A program made the translations under genes and the position numbers. A stretch of 64,000 nucleotides of DNA from Haliangium sp. (GTDB lineage Bacteria; Myxococcota_A; Polyangia; Haliangiales; Haliangiaceae), in the NCBI RefSeq assembly GCF_050303215.1, contig NZ_JBNLBH010000019.1:64001-128000 (forward strand), in the 5' to 3' direction. A model generated the notes under the pieces. It was not told where the DNA came from. It did not search any database and was given only the letters and a program-made list of their open reading frames with translations. Positions 22,525-32,533 of the stretch are shown in pieces. Every line of letters begins with the position of its first letter. Within the stretch, counting starts at the first letter, position 1.

Positions 22525-25500
22525 ATGACCCTCACGCCTCGCACTGCATTCCACCGGATCCGATGCGCCGGCAGCCGCCTCGGCGCGCTGGCCGCGGCCG
22601 GCCTGGTGCTGGCGCAGGCGCCCGCGGCCTGGGCACAGATCACGCCCTCGGCGCCGACCACGACCGCAAACGGGAGCTTCAACGCCGGCACCCTCGACAG
22701 CGTCACCCAGACCCGCGCCGGCGTGGCCTTCAACGGCACCGCCCTCGAGCTGGCCCACGCCCACGATTCGACCTCGAATCAGTCACAGGCTACCGCCGCC
22801 CCCATCGCCGGCGCCGCGGCCGACTTCACCGGCGACGGCATGGACGACCTGATCGCCGGCTTCGACGACGGCCGGACCGCGGTGCTCCGCAACGACACCA
22901 CCGCAGCGGCGCCCCCGGTGGCGGCGGCGCCCGCGCCCAACTTCACCGCCATCGTGCCCGATCTGCAAGCCGCCGACGGCAACACCCAGGTGGTGCTCGC
23001 GGCCGCCGACTTCGACGGCGACGGCGACCCCGACGTGCTTCGAATCGCGGGCGCGACCGGGGCGACGCCGACCGTGGCCGAGCTCTACCTGCTGACGACC
23101 CGGGCCGACCCGCCGACCTTCGCCGCCGCCACCAACGCGCTCGCGGCGCCGGCGCTGCCGAGCACGCTCGGGACCTTGGACACTCAGTCCGGCGGCACCA
23201 GCGTGGCCGTGGGTGACCTCAACGGCGACAATCGCATCGACTTCCTGTTCGGTAACGCCGACGGTACCGGGGGCGAGATCCGACTGTGGATCAACACCGG
23301 CAGCTCGCCTCCGACCTTTCACGATCAGGGCCCGGTGCTGTCCAACCTCGGCTTTGGCGCCGGCGAGGCGCCCGTGTTCGCGTATGCCGATTTCGACAGC
23401 GACGGCCGCGGCGACCTGGTCGTGGGCGCGCCGGGCTCGACCACCCTGCGCCTGTTCAAGGGCAACGAGGACGGCACCTTCTTCGACACCGGCCTGACCC
23501 TGTCGCTGGGCGCGGCCGGCGCGGCCGGCGTAGCCGCCGCCGACCTGTCCCACGACGGCGTGCCCGACTTGGTGGTCAGCACCGACACCCGCGGCGGTAC
23601 CGGCGGCCAGGTGATGTGGTTCGAGAACGACCGCTCCACGGTGCCGTTCTCGACCAGCGTCGCCATCCCCGACGCCGCCCCGCTCCTCAGTGACGCCGAC
23701 CTGGTGGTGGCGATCAACTACGACAGCAACCCGACCGCCTCGCCCAGCGCCGACCACTCGGTCGACGTCCTGGTCACCCAGGTCGGCGGGTCGCTGGAGC
23801 TGTTCAGCAACATCTTGAGCTCCAACTACGTGAGCTGCGGCGAGGTCGTGTCCGACGTGATCGACTTCGGCGCCGCCCCGTACGGGCTCCCCTTCACCAC
23901 CACGATGGTGATCTCGGCCGCCCGGATGCAGACCCTGGTGGGCGGCAGCGGCACGGTCGAGCTGTTCATGTCGACCTCCGAGGACCCGACCTGGGTCCCG
24001 ACCTTCGACTGCGACGGCGCCGGCCCAGGCACCGAGCAGTGCGCGCGCTTCCCTCACACGCGCGGCCGCGAGCTGCGCTGGAAGGCCCGCATGTGCACCG
24101 CCGCTGCGGCGTCGACCCCGGCCCTGTTCGCGGTCAGCGTCCGCTTCGACTACGTCGAGGACAGCGAGCACTACCTGAGCGGCATCAGCGTATTCGACGG
24201 CGTGGCCTACTTCGGCGGCTTCACCCAGCCGGGCGACGTCGGCCAGCTCTACGCGCTGTCGGCCGACCTCAACCCGACCGCCGACCCCGCCTTCGACTAC
24301 TGGAGCGGTCGCATCAAGCTCGACACCATGGCCGACGCCGCCCGCAACGTCTACACCGCGGCCCGCGACGGCACCACTCGACTCGACTTCGCGACCACCA
24401 ACAGCGGCAACGCCCAGCTCCAGGAGATCCTGAGCGTGGCCGACTCGACCGCGGCCGACGCCATCATCAACTGGGCCCGCGACTACCGCTTCGGCCCGCT
24501 CGGGCTGTCGTTCACCCGCTTGGGCTCGATCTTCCGCTCGACCCCCACGCCGGTGGGCCGGCCGCTGTTCCCGGCCTGGTACGCGCGGGCGTCGTCGGAC
24601 GCGCGGCTCGAGTTCGACGAGCACGCCAACGGCCTGGGCGCGCGCACGGTGCTGATCTACTACGGCGCCCGCGACGGCATGATCCACGCCACGTACAACG
24701 ACGCCACCGACATCACCAACAGCCAGAACGGCCAGGAGGCGTGGGCCTACATCCCGCCGCCGGTGGCGAGCCGCATGGCCGCCGACTTCACCGCCTCCTC
24801 CGGGATCTTCGACCGGATCCAGGCCTACCCGGATTCCGACACGCTGGTCGAGACCGTGCGCATCGGCGCCGATCTGCGCTCGGTGGCGCTGTTCACCAGC
24901 GGCACCGGCGGCAGCAGCATCGCCGCCCTCGACATCACCGCGACCATCGACGAGGGCACCTCGGCCGTGCTCGGCCCGACCCCGCTGTGGCACGCCACCC
25001 CGGGCGCCAGCGAGGCCGGCCTGGGCCTCAGCCGACCCACCATCGCGCGGGTGCTCATCGGCGGCAACGAGCGCTTCATCGCCATCGCCGGCACCGGCTA
25101 CGGCGCCGATCCGGTGCGCCCGTCGGGCCGGGTCGTAGCTGCCTACGACGTCACCGACGGCACCCTGCTGTGGCGCTTCATGGCCCGCTGCGCGGTGACC
25201 ACCCACATCACCGCCTTCGAGACCAACGACGAGCCCGGGGCCGGCAACCCGCAGCTCGACGGCTTCATGGATCGGGTCGTGTTCGGCGATCAGTGCGGCT
25301 ACGTGTACAAGCTCGACCCGGCCCAGGATCTCAGCGGCGGCTGGAACGGCAACCCCAACTTCGGCGCGATCCCGACCGACCTCGTGGACGGGGTGCAGAT
25401 GTTCGCCCTGTTCGCCACCTCGGCCCAGCCCGAGGCCGGCAACCTCGAGCTGCCCATCGCCGGCAACATCGCGGTCCGGGCCATCCCCGACCAGGCCACG

Positions 25501-26115
25501 GCGACCACCCGCTCCGCGCTGTTCTTCGGCACCGGCGGGATCGAGAGCGCCGACCCCTTCAACCAGAACGTGTTCTTCGTCCTGTTCGCCGACGACACCA
25601 CCCTCGACACCCCGCCGGGGCCGCCGTTCACGGCCGCACCCGCGCGCGTCGCCAGCTTCTTCCGCGGCGTGTGCGCCGCCGATCTGCGGTGCGAGAAGTT
25701 CTACGGCGGGATCACGCTCACCGGCGGCCAGGTGGTGTTCACGCGCGTGCTCGACCCGCCGGTCGGCGACACCGCCGGGGTCGGCAGCGACCCCGGCCAG
25801 ACCATCGTCCAGGCCATCGACGTCACCGCGCTGCTCGACGCCAGCTTCGACGCCGACGATCCCCTGTTCGACCTCGACAGCTTCGGGGTCAGCTACACCG
25901 TCGGGGCGGCCTCGTTCTCACCGGTCACCATGTACGGCGACGCAGTGTACGTGCTGACCTCGCTGGGCCGGGCCGAGGTCATGGGCACCCCGCGGGCGCA
26001 GCAGGCCGGTCAGGACAGCTCCGGCAACGCCCTCACAGCCACCACCACCGACCCCGAGGGGATCGTCAACATCGAGGCGCCCATGCGCATCCTGGGCTGG
26101 CAGCAAGTGTACTAG
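22525..26115 (+). CDS. pilY1: Type IV pilus tip-associated adhesin PilY1-family protein with an N-terminal FG-GAP (integrin-alpha-like) propeller domain
   Basis: The signal peptide is MTLTPRTAFHRIRCAGSRLGALAAAGLVLAQAPAAWA. There are at least five FG-GAP/Ca-binding repeats (DFTGDGMDDLIAG, DFDGDGDPDVL, VGDLNGDNRIDFLFG, YADFDSDGRGDLVVGAPG, ADLSHDGVPDLVV). The C-terminal PilY1 propeller has the hallmark TVLIYYGARDGMIHATYNDA...NGQEAWAYIPP. A large minus-strand ORF (22783..25206) overlaps and is rejected. Confidence 0.8.
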   Translation: MTLTPRTAFHRIRCAGSRLGALAAAGLVLAQAPAAWAQITPSAPTTTANGSFNAGTLDSVTQTRAGVAFNGTALELAHAHDSTSNQSQATAAPIAGAAADFTGDGMDDLIAGFDDGRTAVLRNDTTAAAPPVAAAPAPNFTAIVPDLQAADGNTQVVLAAADFDGDGDPDVLRIAGATGATPTVAELYLLTTRADPPTFAAATNALAAPALPSTLGTLDTQSGGTSVAVGDLNGDNRIDFLFGNADGTGGEIRLWINTGSSPPTFHDQGPVLSNLGFGAGEAPVFAYADFDSDGRGDLVVGAPGSTTLRLFKGNEDGTFFDTGLTLSLGAAGAAGVAAADLSHDGVPDLVVSTDTRGGTGGQVMWFENDRSTVPFSTSVAIPDAAPLLSDADLVVAINYDSNPTASPSADHSVDVLVTQVGGSLELFSNILSSNYVSCGEVVSDVIDFGAAPYGLPFTTTMVISAARMQTLVGGSGTVELFMSTSEDPTWVPTFDCDGAGPGTEQCARFPHTRGRELRWKARMCTAAAASTPALFAVSVRFDYVEDSEHYLSGISVFDGVAYFGGFTQPGDVGQLYALSADLNPTADPAFDYWSGRIKLDTMADAARNVYTAARDGTTRLDFATTNSGNAQLQEILSVADSTAADAIINWARDYRFGPLGLSFTRLGSIFRSTPTPVGRPLFPAWYARASSDARLEFDEHANGLGARTVLIYYGARDGMIHATYNDATDITNSQNGQEAWAYIPPPVASRMAADFTASSGIFDRIQAYPDSDTLVETVRIGADLRSVALFTSGTGGSSIAALDITATIDEGTSAVLGPTPLWHATPGASEAGLGLSRPTIARVLIGGNERFIAIAGTGYGADPVRPSGRVVAAYDVTDGTLLWRFMARCAVTTHITAFETNDEPGAGNPQLDGFMDRVVFGDQCGYVYKLDPAQDLSGGWNGNPNFGAIPTDLVDGVQMFALFATSAQPEAGNLELPIAGNIAVRAIPDQATATTRSALFFGTGGIESADPFNQNVFFVLFADDTTLDTPPGPPFTAAPARVASFFRGVCAADLRCEKFYGGITLTGGQVVFTRVLDPPVGDTAGVGSDPGQTIVQAIDVTALLDASFDADDPLFDLDSFGVSYTVGAASFSPVTMYGDAVYVLTSLGRAEVMGTPRAQQAGQDSSGNALTATTTDPEGIVNIEAPMRILGWQQVY

Positions 26116-26117
26116 CC

Positions 26118-26681
26118 ATGATCGTCCCAACGCCTCGCACGCATGCCCTGGAGCCCGCCATGGTCGATCCGCGCCTCCCTCGTTCTTCGTCGCCCACGCC
26201 GCCTCGGCGGCGCCACAGCCACCAGGCCGGCTTCTCGCTCATCGAGATCATCATCGCCATGGCGGTGAGCCTGATCGGTCTGGCCGGGCTGATGTCGCTG
26301 TACACGACCAACTCCAAGGCCAACCAGCGGGTCACCCGCACGGTCGAGGCCACGGCCCTGGCCCAGCGCTCCCTGGAGGAGCTGCGCAGCATACCGGTGG
26401 CGCCGCCGTCGCCGAGCTACGACGGGCCCACCCTCGAAACCAACTTCGGCATCCCGGTGGTGGACGCGCCCCTGCCCGACGTCGTCGGACACGCCAACAC
26501 GACCTTCCAGCGCCGGGTGACCATCCAGCCCCTGGCCCCGACCAGCGCGCCGACCCCGACCCTGTTCCGGATCCGCATGGTGGTACGCTGGAGCGACGAC
26601 GGGGCCGCCATCGGCACCGATCCCTTGCGCGACCACACCGTCGCCCTCGAGACCATCCGCACGCGTCAGGACAAGCTATGA
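26118..26681 (+). CDS. Type IV pilus minor pilin (PilV-like) with prepilin N-terminal cleavage/methylation domain
   Basis: The prepilin motif is HQAGFSLIEIIIAMAVSLIGLAGL (G-F-S-L-I-E). An ATG lies 2 nt after the pilY1 stop. An alternative start at MVDPRL (26160) would give a shorter leader. The listed ORF 24039..26681 is an upstream run-on in the same frame. Confidence 0.65.
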   Translation: MIVPTPRTHALEPAMVDPRLPRSSSPTPPRRRHSHQAGFSLIEIIIAMAVSLIGLAGLMSLYTTNSKANQRVTRTVEATALAQRSLEELRSIPVAPPSPSYDGPTLETNFGIPVVDAPLPDVVGHANTTFQRRVTIQPLAPTSAPTPTLFRIRMVVRWSDDGAAIGTDPLRDHTVALETIRTRQDKL

Positions 26682-27997
26682 AGGCACGACTTGGTACAAT
26701 CGTCCCAGGATCGGGCGCGCGGCGCCGACGCGGCGAGCGCGGCTTGACCTTGATCGAGCTGATGATCGCCATGGTGGTGGCCGCGATCTTGGTCGGCTTC
26801 GTGTTCGACATCCAAAGCCGGATGTCGACCGCCTACCGCTCGCAGACCGACATCGGGTCGCTGCAGCAGGGCGTGCGCGCGGCCGCCGAGATGATGGCCC
26901 GCGACGCCCGCGCGGCCGGCTTCGCCATGCCCCGCGGCGCCAAGCTCAGCAACAAGTTCACCTCCGTCAACGCGCCCGGCACCCCCGGGCTGATCGAGCT
27001 CTCGACCGCCGCGCCGCTGCCGCCCCTGGCCTTCACCCCCATGCTGCGCCCGATCAAGTCCATCGACAACGCCTGGGAGCTGACCTCTCCGGGCAGCTTC
27101 CCCGCCGATCACTGGCAACCGGACAGCGTGCACTTCTTCTACGGGATCGACTTCGATACCCACGGCGTGATCAGCCAGGATCCGGGCGCGACCATCACCT
27201 TCATCACCCTCGAAGACGACGGCAACTACGGCGACGGCAACGCCTGGCAGACCGGCGACTTGGTCGTCATCAGCAACTCGCTGCCGCCGGCGCCCAACCC
27301 GCTGGACCCCGGCGGCACCGACCAGGATCTGCCGACGATCTCGCGCTATGACGCGTGCATCGTGCAGATCACGGGCCCGTTCAACTCGACCGGCCCCCCT
27401 ACCCTTCAGTTCGCCGACACCACGATCTTCAACAGCGCGGACAACAACCACTGCGCCGGCATCGCCGTGCAAGGGGCGCACGTGTACCTCCTGATCGCAC
27501 GCGCCTATCGCATCGACACCACCCGCCCCCGCATCGCGGCGTTGCAGCGCTCCGAGACCGGTGGCCTGCTCGATGACTGGCAGGACATCGCCATCGGCTT
27601 CGTCGACCTGCAGATCTCCGAGCACCACGCGTATACGACCGATCCCGACGGCGACCTCGATGGTATCCTCATCGGCGGGACCCCGAACGCGCGCATGGAC
27701 TGGTACTCGAACCTGGCGCCGCCGCCACAACCGGCGCCCGCCGCCGACCCAATGGTGCACCTCGACACCTTGACCGAGCTCGGAATCAGCCTGGTGGCGC
27801 GAACGAACAAGCCGGTGGAGGGCGTTACCACGGCCACCATCCCGGTGCTGGCGACGGGCGTGCTCGACCACAACCCGGTCGGCAACGCCGGCGGTCCCAA
27901 GGCCAACGACCCGTCCCACCCCGAGTTCGACGGTGATCACGTGTATCGCCAGATCTCACTGATCGTGGACACCCGCAACGTCGGAGTCTCGAGATGA
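26678..27997 (+). CDS. Type IV pilus minor pilin PilW-like
   Basis: The product is 439 aa. The prepilin motif is RGLTLIELMIAMVVAAILVG. Size and position fit a PilW-like protein. Confidence 0.7.
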   Translation: MKARLGTIVPGSGARRRRGERGLTLIELMIAMVVAAILVGFVFDIQSRMSTAYRSQTDIGSLQQGVRAAAEMMARDARAAGFAMPRGAKLSNKFTSVNAPGTPGLIELSTAAPLPPLAFTPMLRPIKSIDNAWELTSPGSFPADHWQPDSVHFFYGIDFDTHGVISQDPGATITFITLEDDGNYGDGNAWQTGDLVVISNSLPPAPNPLDPGGTDQDLPTISRYDACIVQITGPFNSTGPPTLQFADTTIFNSADNNHCAGIAVQGAHVYLLIARAYRIDTTRPRIAALQRSETGGLLDDWQDIAIGFVDLQISEHHAYTTDPDGDLDGILIGGTPNARMDWYSNLAPPPQPAPAADPMVHLDTLTELGISLVARTNKPVEGVTTATIPVLATGVLDHNPVGNAGGPKANDPSHPEFDGDHVYRQISLIVDTRNVGVSR

Positions 27998-28647
27998 CCC
28001 ACCCGCCGCAACCGTGCCTCCCGCAGTCTTCGGCCCATCGTCCGAGATATACTCTCGGCCAGCGCGGCCTCACCTTGATCGAAGTGATGATCGTCGTGGT
28101 GATCATCGGGGTGCTGGTCGGCACCGCGGCGGTCACGATCTCCACCGAGCCGTCGGTGGAGGACGAGGCCCGCCGCATCGCCGCGTTGATCAATGAAGGC
28201 GCGCGCAAGGCGGTCTCCGGCGGCTCGATCGATGTGGACGCGATCGTGGGTAACGCCGCCGGCCTATTCCGCAGTCAGATCTCGGTCCGCCAGAGCGCGT
28301 CCGGCCGGCTGTTCCTGCTGGTCGAGCGCTTCGAGGAAGGCACCGGCCTGTACCGCGAGATCTACCGGCGCAACATCAACCGGGGTATCGTCGTGGCCGG
28401 CTTTAGCTCTCAGTCCGAGATCAATCCGGGCACGACCCCGACCCCGCTGCCGCCGCCGCCGCCGCCGCCGTTCCCCGTGGACGCCGTGCCGCTGGCGTCC
28501 ACTCAGTGCCGCCCCGACGGCACCTGTAGGCCGTGGACGCTGTACCTCGAGAGCGCCGACAACCCCGGCGCGCCCGGCAACCCTCGGGCCCGGGTGGTCG
28601 TGCTCGCCCTCAACGGCATGAACACTCAGATGTTCAGCGGCTGGTAG
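27994..28647 (+). CDS. GspH/FimT/FimU-family pseudopilin
   Basis: The prepilin motif is QRGLTLIEVMIVVVIIGVLVG. It is followed by a GspH/FimT-like domain and a PPPPPPP linker. Confidence 0.65.
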   Translation: MTHPPQPCLPQSSAHRPRYTLGQRGLTLIEVMIVVVIIGVLVGTAAVTISTEPSVEDEARRIAALINEGARKAVSGGSIDVDAIVGNAAGLFRSQISVRQSASGRLFLLVERFEEGTGLYREIYRRNINRGIVVAGFSSQSEINPGTTPTPLPPPPPPPFPVDAVPLASTQCRPDGTCRPWTLYLESADNPGAPGNPRARVVVLALNGMNTQMFSGW

Positions 28648-28791
28648 CCGCGGGCCGGGCCGCCCCACGCGCTCGGACGCACGCTCGGGCGCGGGGGAAA
28701 CGGCCCTCTCGCGACCGCAGGCGTTGTGCGCCGGCGGCCAGGGGTGATATACGAACCGAACGTTCGATCGAAGGGGCAGACCGTGAACGCT

Positions 28792-29388
28792 ATGAGGTGC
28801 ATCCTGGCGGTGATGGCGCTCGTCTCGTGGAGCGCGTGCGGCGGCGCGCCGCCGCCGAATTACGACTACAGCAAGGAACCCGATCCGCGTCAGGACGAGT
28901 ACGTGTTCGGGGTCGCCGACTCCCTCGACATCAACGTGTGGCGCAACCCGGACCTGTCCACGCGGGTGACCATCCGCCCGGACGGCACCATCACGATGCC
29001 GCTCATCGGCGATCTGCACGCGGCCGGGGTCACCCCGAGCCAGCTCAAGAAGCAGATCGAGGCCCGGCTGGCCGAGTACATCAAGCTCGAGGGCACCGAG
29101 ATCACGATCGCGGTCACCAACGTGGCCAGCTATCACTTCATGGTGAGTGGCGAAGTGGGGGCCCCGAATGTCTACACCTCGGCCTATTACGTCACGGTGG
29201 CCGAGGCCATCGCGTTGGCGGGCGGGTTCTCGCGCTTCGCCAAGCGCGACCGCATTCGCCTGATGCGGCGCGACCGCGAGACCGGGGAGGTGCGCAACAT
29301 CCCCATCGATTACAACTTGATCGAGAGCGGCGCGCGCCCGGAGATGAATCTGGTCATCTTGTCCGACGACTCCCTGTACGTGCCCTAG
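28792..29388 (+). CDS. Polysaccharide export protein, short Wza-like periplasmic lipoprotein (Poly_export + SLBB domains) lacking the C-terminal OM helical barrel
   Basis: The lipoprotein signal is MRCILAVMALVSWSACGG. The Poly_export motif is EYVFGVADSLDINVW...RPDGTITMPLIGDL. An SLBB-like segment is GEVGAPNVY. The protein is about 198 aa, so it is too short to carry the Wza D4 helix. Confidence 0.8.
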   Translation: MRCILAVMALVSWSACGGAPPPNYDYSKEPDPRQDEYVFGVADSLDINVWRNPDLSTRVTIRPDGTITMPLIGDLHAAGVTPSQLKKQIEARLAEYIKLEGTEITIAVTNVASYHFMVSGEVGAPNVYTSAYYVTVAEAIALAGGFSRFAKRDRIRLMRRDRETGEVRNIPIDYNLIESGARPEMNLVILSDDSLYVP

Positions 29389-29442
29389 TCCCGATTCCTG
29401 CCGAATCGCGCCGGCCCTTTCGCCCGCCGATGGGCCGCGGGC

Positions 29443-30174
<732 letters not shown>

Positions 30175-30216
30175 CGTACTCGCGAGCCTAACACAGAGGC
30201 GGCTCGGTCTGATAAC

Positions 30217-30765
30217 ATGTGTGCTCCCATGGCCGGCGCGCGTATCGTCGAACTGACCATCCCCGGGACACTGGCGTTTCGCGATCTCGCCATCCGTGTC
30301 GTCATGGAGAGCTGTAAGCTGGTCGGCCGAGACACCTCAGGGGCCGACATGCTCGCCACGGACAACGGCAAGGTCGAACCCTCGAGCATCTCATATGAAG
30401 ACGGCTACGAGTTGCGAAACAGCTTCACCAGCGAGTTCATCTCGGCCTTCTCCGAGATCTACAACAACATCCCGATCCACGCCTACCAGCGGGCCGAGCG
30501 CGGGAATATCTCGATCCGCGTCACCATCGGCGCGGACTCCCTGACCGTGGACATCACGGACACGGGCCAGAGCTTCGACATCCAGTCCGTGCCCCTGCCC
30601 GACTCGCTCCCGACCAGCGGCATGGGCATCCACATCGCGCGCTCGATGCTCGACGATCTCCGCTATGAACCCGGCCCGCCCAACCACTGGCACCTCACCA
30701 AGTACCTGTCCCCGCCACAAGCCCCCGAAAGCCCTTCCCTCGAGACCACGCCGCCCGCAGAATGA
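30217..30765 (+). CDS. RsbW/SpoIIAB-like anti-sigma regulatory factor (HATPase_c serine protein kinase)
   Basis: IRVVMESCKL...E(L)RNSF..E....NNI...Y.....ISIRV...DSLTVDITDTGQSFD......SGMGIHIARSMLDDLRYE contains the N, G1 and G2 boxes of GHKL serine kinases of partner-switch systems. An ATG lies at 30217. Confidence 0.65.
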   Translation: MCAPMAGARIVELTIPGTLAFRDLAIRVVMESCKLVGRDTSGADMLATDNGKVEPSSISYEDGYELRNSFTSEFISAFSEIYNNIPIHAYQRAERGNISIRVTIGADSLTVDITDTGQSFDIQSVPLPDSLPTSGMGIHIARSMLDDLRYEPGPPNHWHLTKYLSPPQAPESPSLETTPPAE

Positions 30766-30926
30766 ATCGGCCCCCTCTACCGGTACCCGATGTCCCCATC
30801 GTCCCGTATTGTTCCCCTGTCGAGATTCGAGGCCGGCCCGCTCCGGGCCTGGCCGTCATCCATGGACCCGCAGTTCTTGCCCGGCGCGCGCGCGCTCGGC
30901 TGACCCTGTAAACGAGGCTGGCCCAC

Positions 30927-31235
30927 GTGACCACGAAACAGTTCAATCGCTTGGACGTCGGTGACGAAACCACGCTCCAGATCTCGGGCAAGCTCGATGT
31001 ACTCACGGCCCCCGAGATGGCCCCGCTCATCGAAGAGTTGGTGACAGAGCAGCGGCGTAAGGTCACCGTCGATTTGTCAGGCCTCGACCTCATCGACAGC
31101 TCGGGCGTCGCGGCCATCGTCGGGCTGTACAAGCGGGTCCGCGCCAGCGGCGGGCAGGTGACGGTATCCGGCGCGCGCGACCAGCCGCTGGCCATCTTCA
31201 AGCTGCTCCGCATGGACAAGGTGTTCAACCTCTAG
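30927..31235 (+). CDS. STAS-domain anti-sigma-factor antagonist (SpoIIAA/RsbV-like)
   Basis: The product is 102 aa. The conserved phosphorylatable-Ser motif DLSGLDLIDSSGVAAIVGL is present. Confidence 0.8.
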   Translation: MTTKQFNRLDVGDETTLQISGKLDVLTAPEMAPLIEELVTEQRRKVTVDLSGLDLIDSSGVAAIVGLYKRVRASGGQVTVSGARDQPLAIFKLLRMDKVFNL

Positions 31236-31319
31236 CAGGCTGCTGATGGCGCTCGCCCCGGGCTGCGTCGGCTCGCGCCGAGATGCCCGCCGGGCCGCCC
31301 GTGACCGCGCACTTACATC

Positions 31320-32513
31320 ATGCGTGTCCTGGCGCTGACCAGCTTGTTCCCGAACAGCCAGCGGCCGCTGCTGTCGCCCTATAATCGGCAACAGTTCGCG
31401 GCCCTGGGTGAGATGTGCGAGCTCGAGGTGGTGGGGCCGGTGCCCTGGTTCCCGGGCGCGCGGCTGTTCTCGCGCTACACGGTGAGCGCGCGCATGCACC
31501 TGGTCCCCCCAGTCGAGGAGATCGGCGGCATGCGGGTGAGGCACCCGCGCTACCTGCACCTGCCGCGCGCGATCGCGCTCTCGCCGCTGCTGTTCGGCGG
31601 CTCGCTGGCGCGCGAGGTGCTGCGCTACCGGGGCCGCGTGGACGTGCTGCTGTCGGCCTGGGCCTACCCCGACGGCTGCGCCGCCATCGCCCTGGCCCAA
31701 GCCCTGGGCGTGCCGTGCGTGGTCAAGCTGCACGGCTCGGACGTGAACGTGCTTCCCGAGCGGACCAGCGTGCGCCTGTACATGCGCGCTCTGCTGCCGC
31801 GCGCGGCCCGGATCGTGGCCGTGAGCCGCGCCCTCGGCCGGCGCGTGACCGAGTTGGGAGTGGCCCCGGACCGGGTCGCCGTGGTCTACAACGGGGTCGA
31901 TCCGGAGCTGTTCCACCTTCGTGACCGGGCCGCCGCCCGCACCGCCCTGGGTCTGCCGGCCGACGATCGCATCATTCTGTACGCCGGCAACCTGCTCGAG
32001 ACCAAGGGCGTGCACGACCTGGTCGCGGCCTTCGAAGATACCGTGCGCCGGGTCCCGGACGCCCGCCTGGTGCTGGTCGGCGACGGCCCAGCGCGCGCGC
32101 ACTGCGAGGAGGTCGCCCGCCGGGTGGGACCGCGCCTGCAACTCGCCGGCGGACAGCCGTTGGAGAGCATGGGGAGTTGGATCGCGGCCTGCGACGTGCT
32201 CACCCTGCCGAGTTGGAACGAGGGCACGCCCAACGTGATCCTGGAGGCCTTCGCCTGCGGGCGCCGAGTGGTGGCCACCGATGTGGGCGGGATCCCCGAC
32301 CTGATCGATTCGGAGTTGGTCGGGGAGATGGTGCCGGTGCGCGACCGAGCCGCCCTGGCCGCGGCCCTGGCCCGCGCGGCGGTGCGCCCGTACCAGCCGG
32401 AGCAGATCGCGGCCGCCGGCGCCCGCGGCGACTGGCCGACCAGCGCAGCGCACCTGTACGAGGTCTTGCGCGCAGCGGTGGCCGAGAGCACGGCCGCCGC
32501 CGCGGCGGTGTGA
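31320..32513 (+). CDS. Glycosyltransferase, GT4 family (group 1)
   Basis: The product is 397 aa. It has a GT-B fold with the E-x7-E-type C-terminal motif region (SWNEGTPNVILEAFACGRRVVATDVGGIPDLI). Confidence 0.8.
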   Translation: MRVLALTSLFPNSQRPLLSPYNRQQFAALGEMCELEVVGPVPWFPGARLFSRYTVSARMHLVPPVEEIGGMRVRHPRYLHLPRAIALSPLLFGGSLAREVLRYRGRVDVLLSAWAYPDGCAAIALAQALGVPCVVKLHGSDVNVLPERTSVRLYMRALLPRAARIVAVSRALGRRVTELGVAPDRVAVVYNGVDPELFHLRDRAAARTALGLPADDRIILYAGNLLETKGVHDLVAAFEDTVRRVPDARLVLVGDGPARAHCEEVARRVGPRLQLAGGQPLESMGSWIAACDVLTLPSWNEGTPNVILEAFACGRRVVATDVGGIPDLIDSELVGEMVPVRDRAALAAALARAAVRPYQPEQIAAAGARGDWPTSAAHLYEVLRAAVAESTAAAAAV

Positions 32514-32533
32514 TACGCTCGGAGAGCGTCTCC

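Noticed and set aside
22783-25206. 807-aa minus-strand ORF and 880-aa plus-strand ORF 24039..26681 overlapping pilY1 and pilV
   Set aside because: The pilY1 frame has unmistakable conserved motifs. The overlapping ORFs have repetitive Arg/Gly composition. The 3' part of 24039..26681 is the real pilV-like gene and has been annotated separately.
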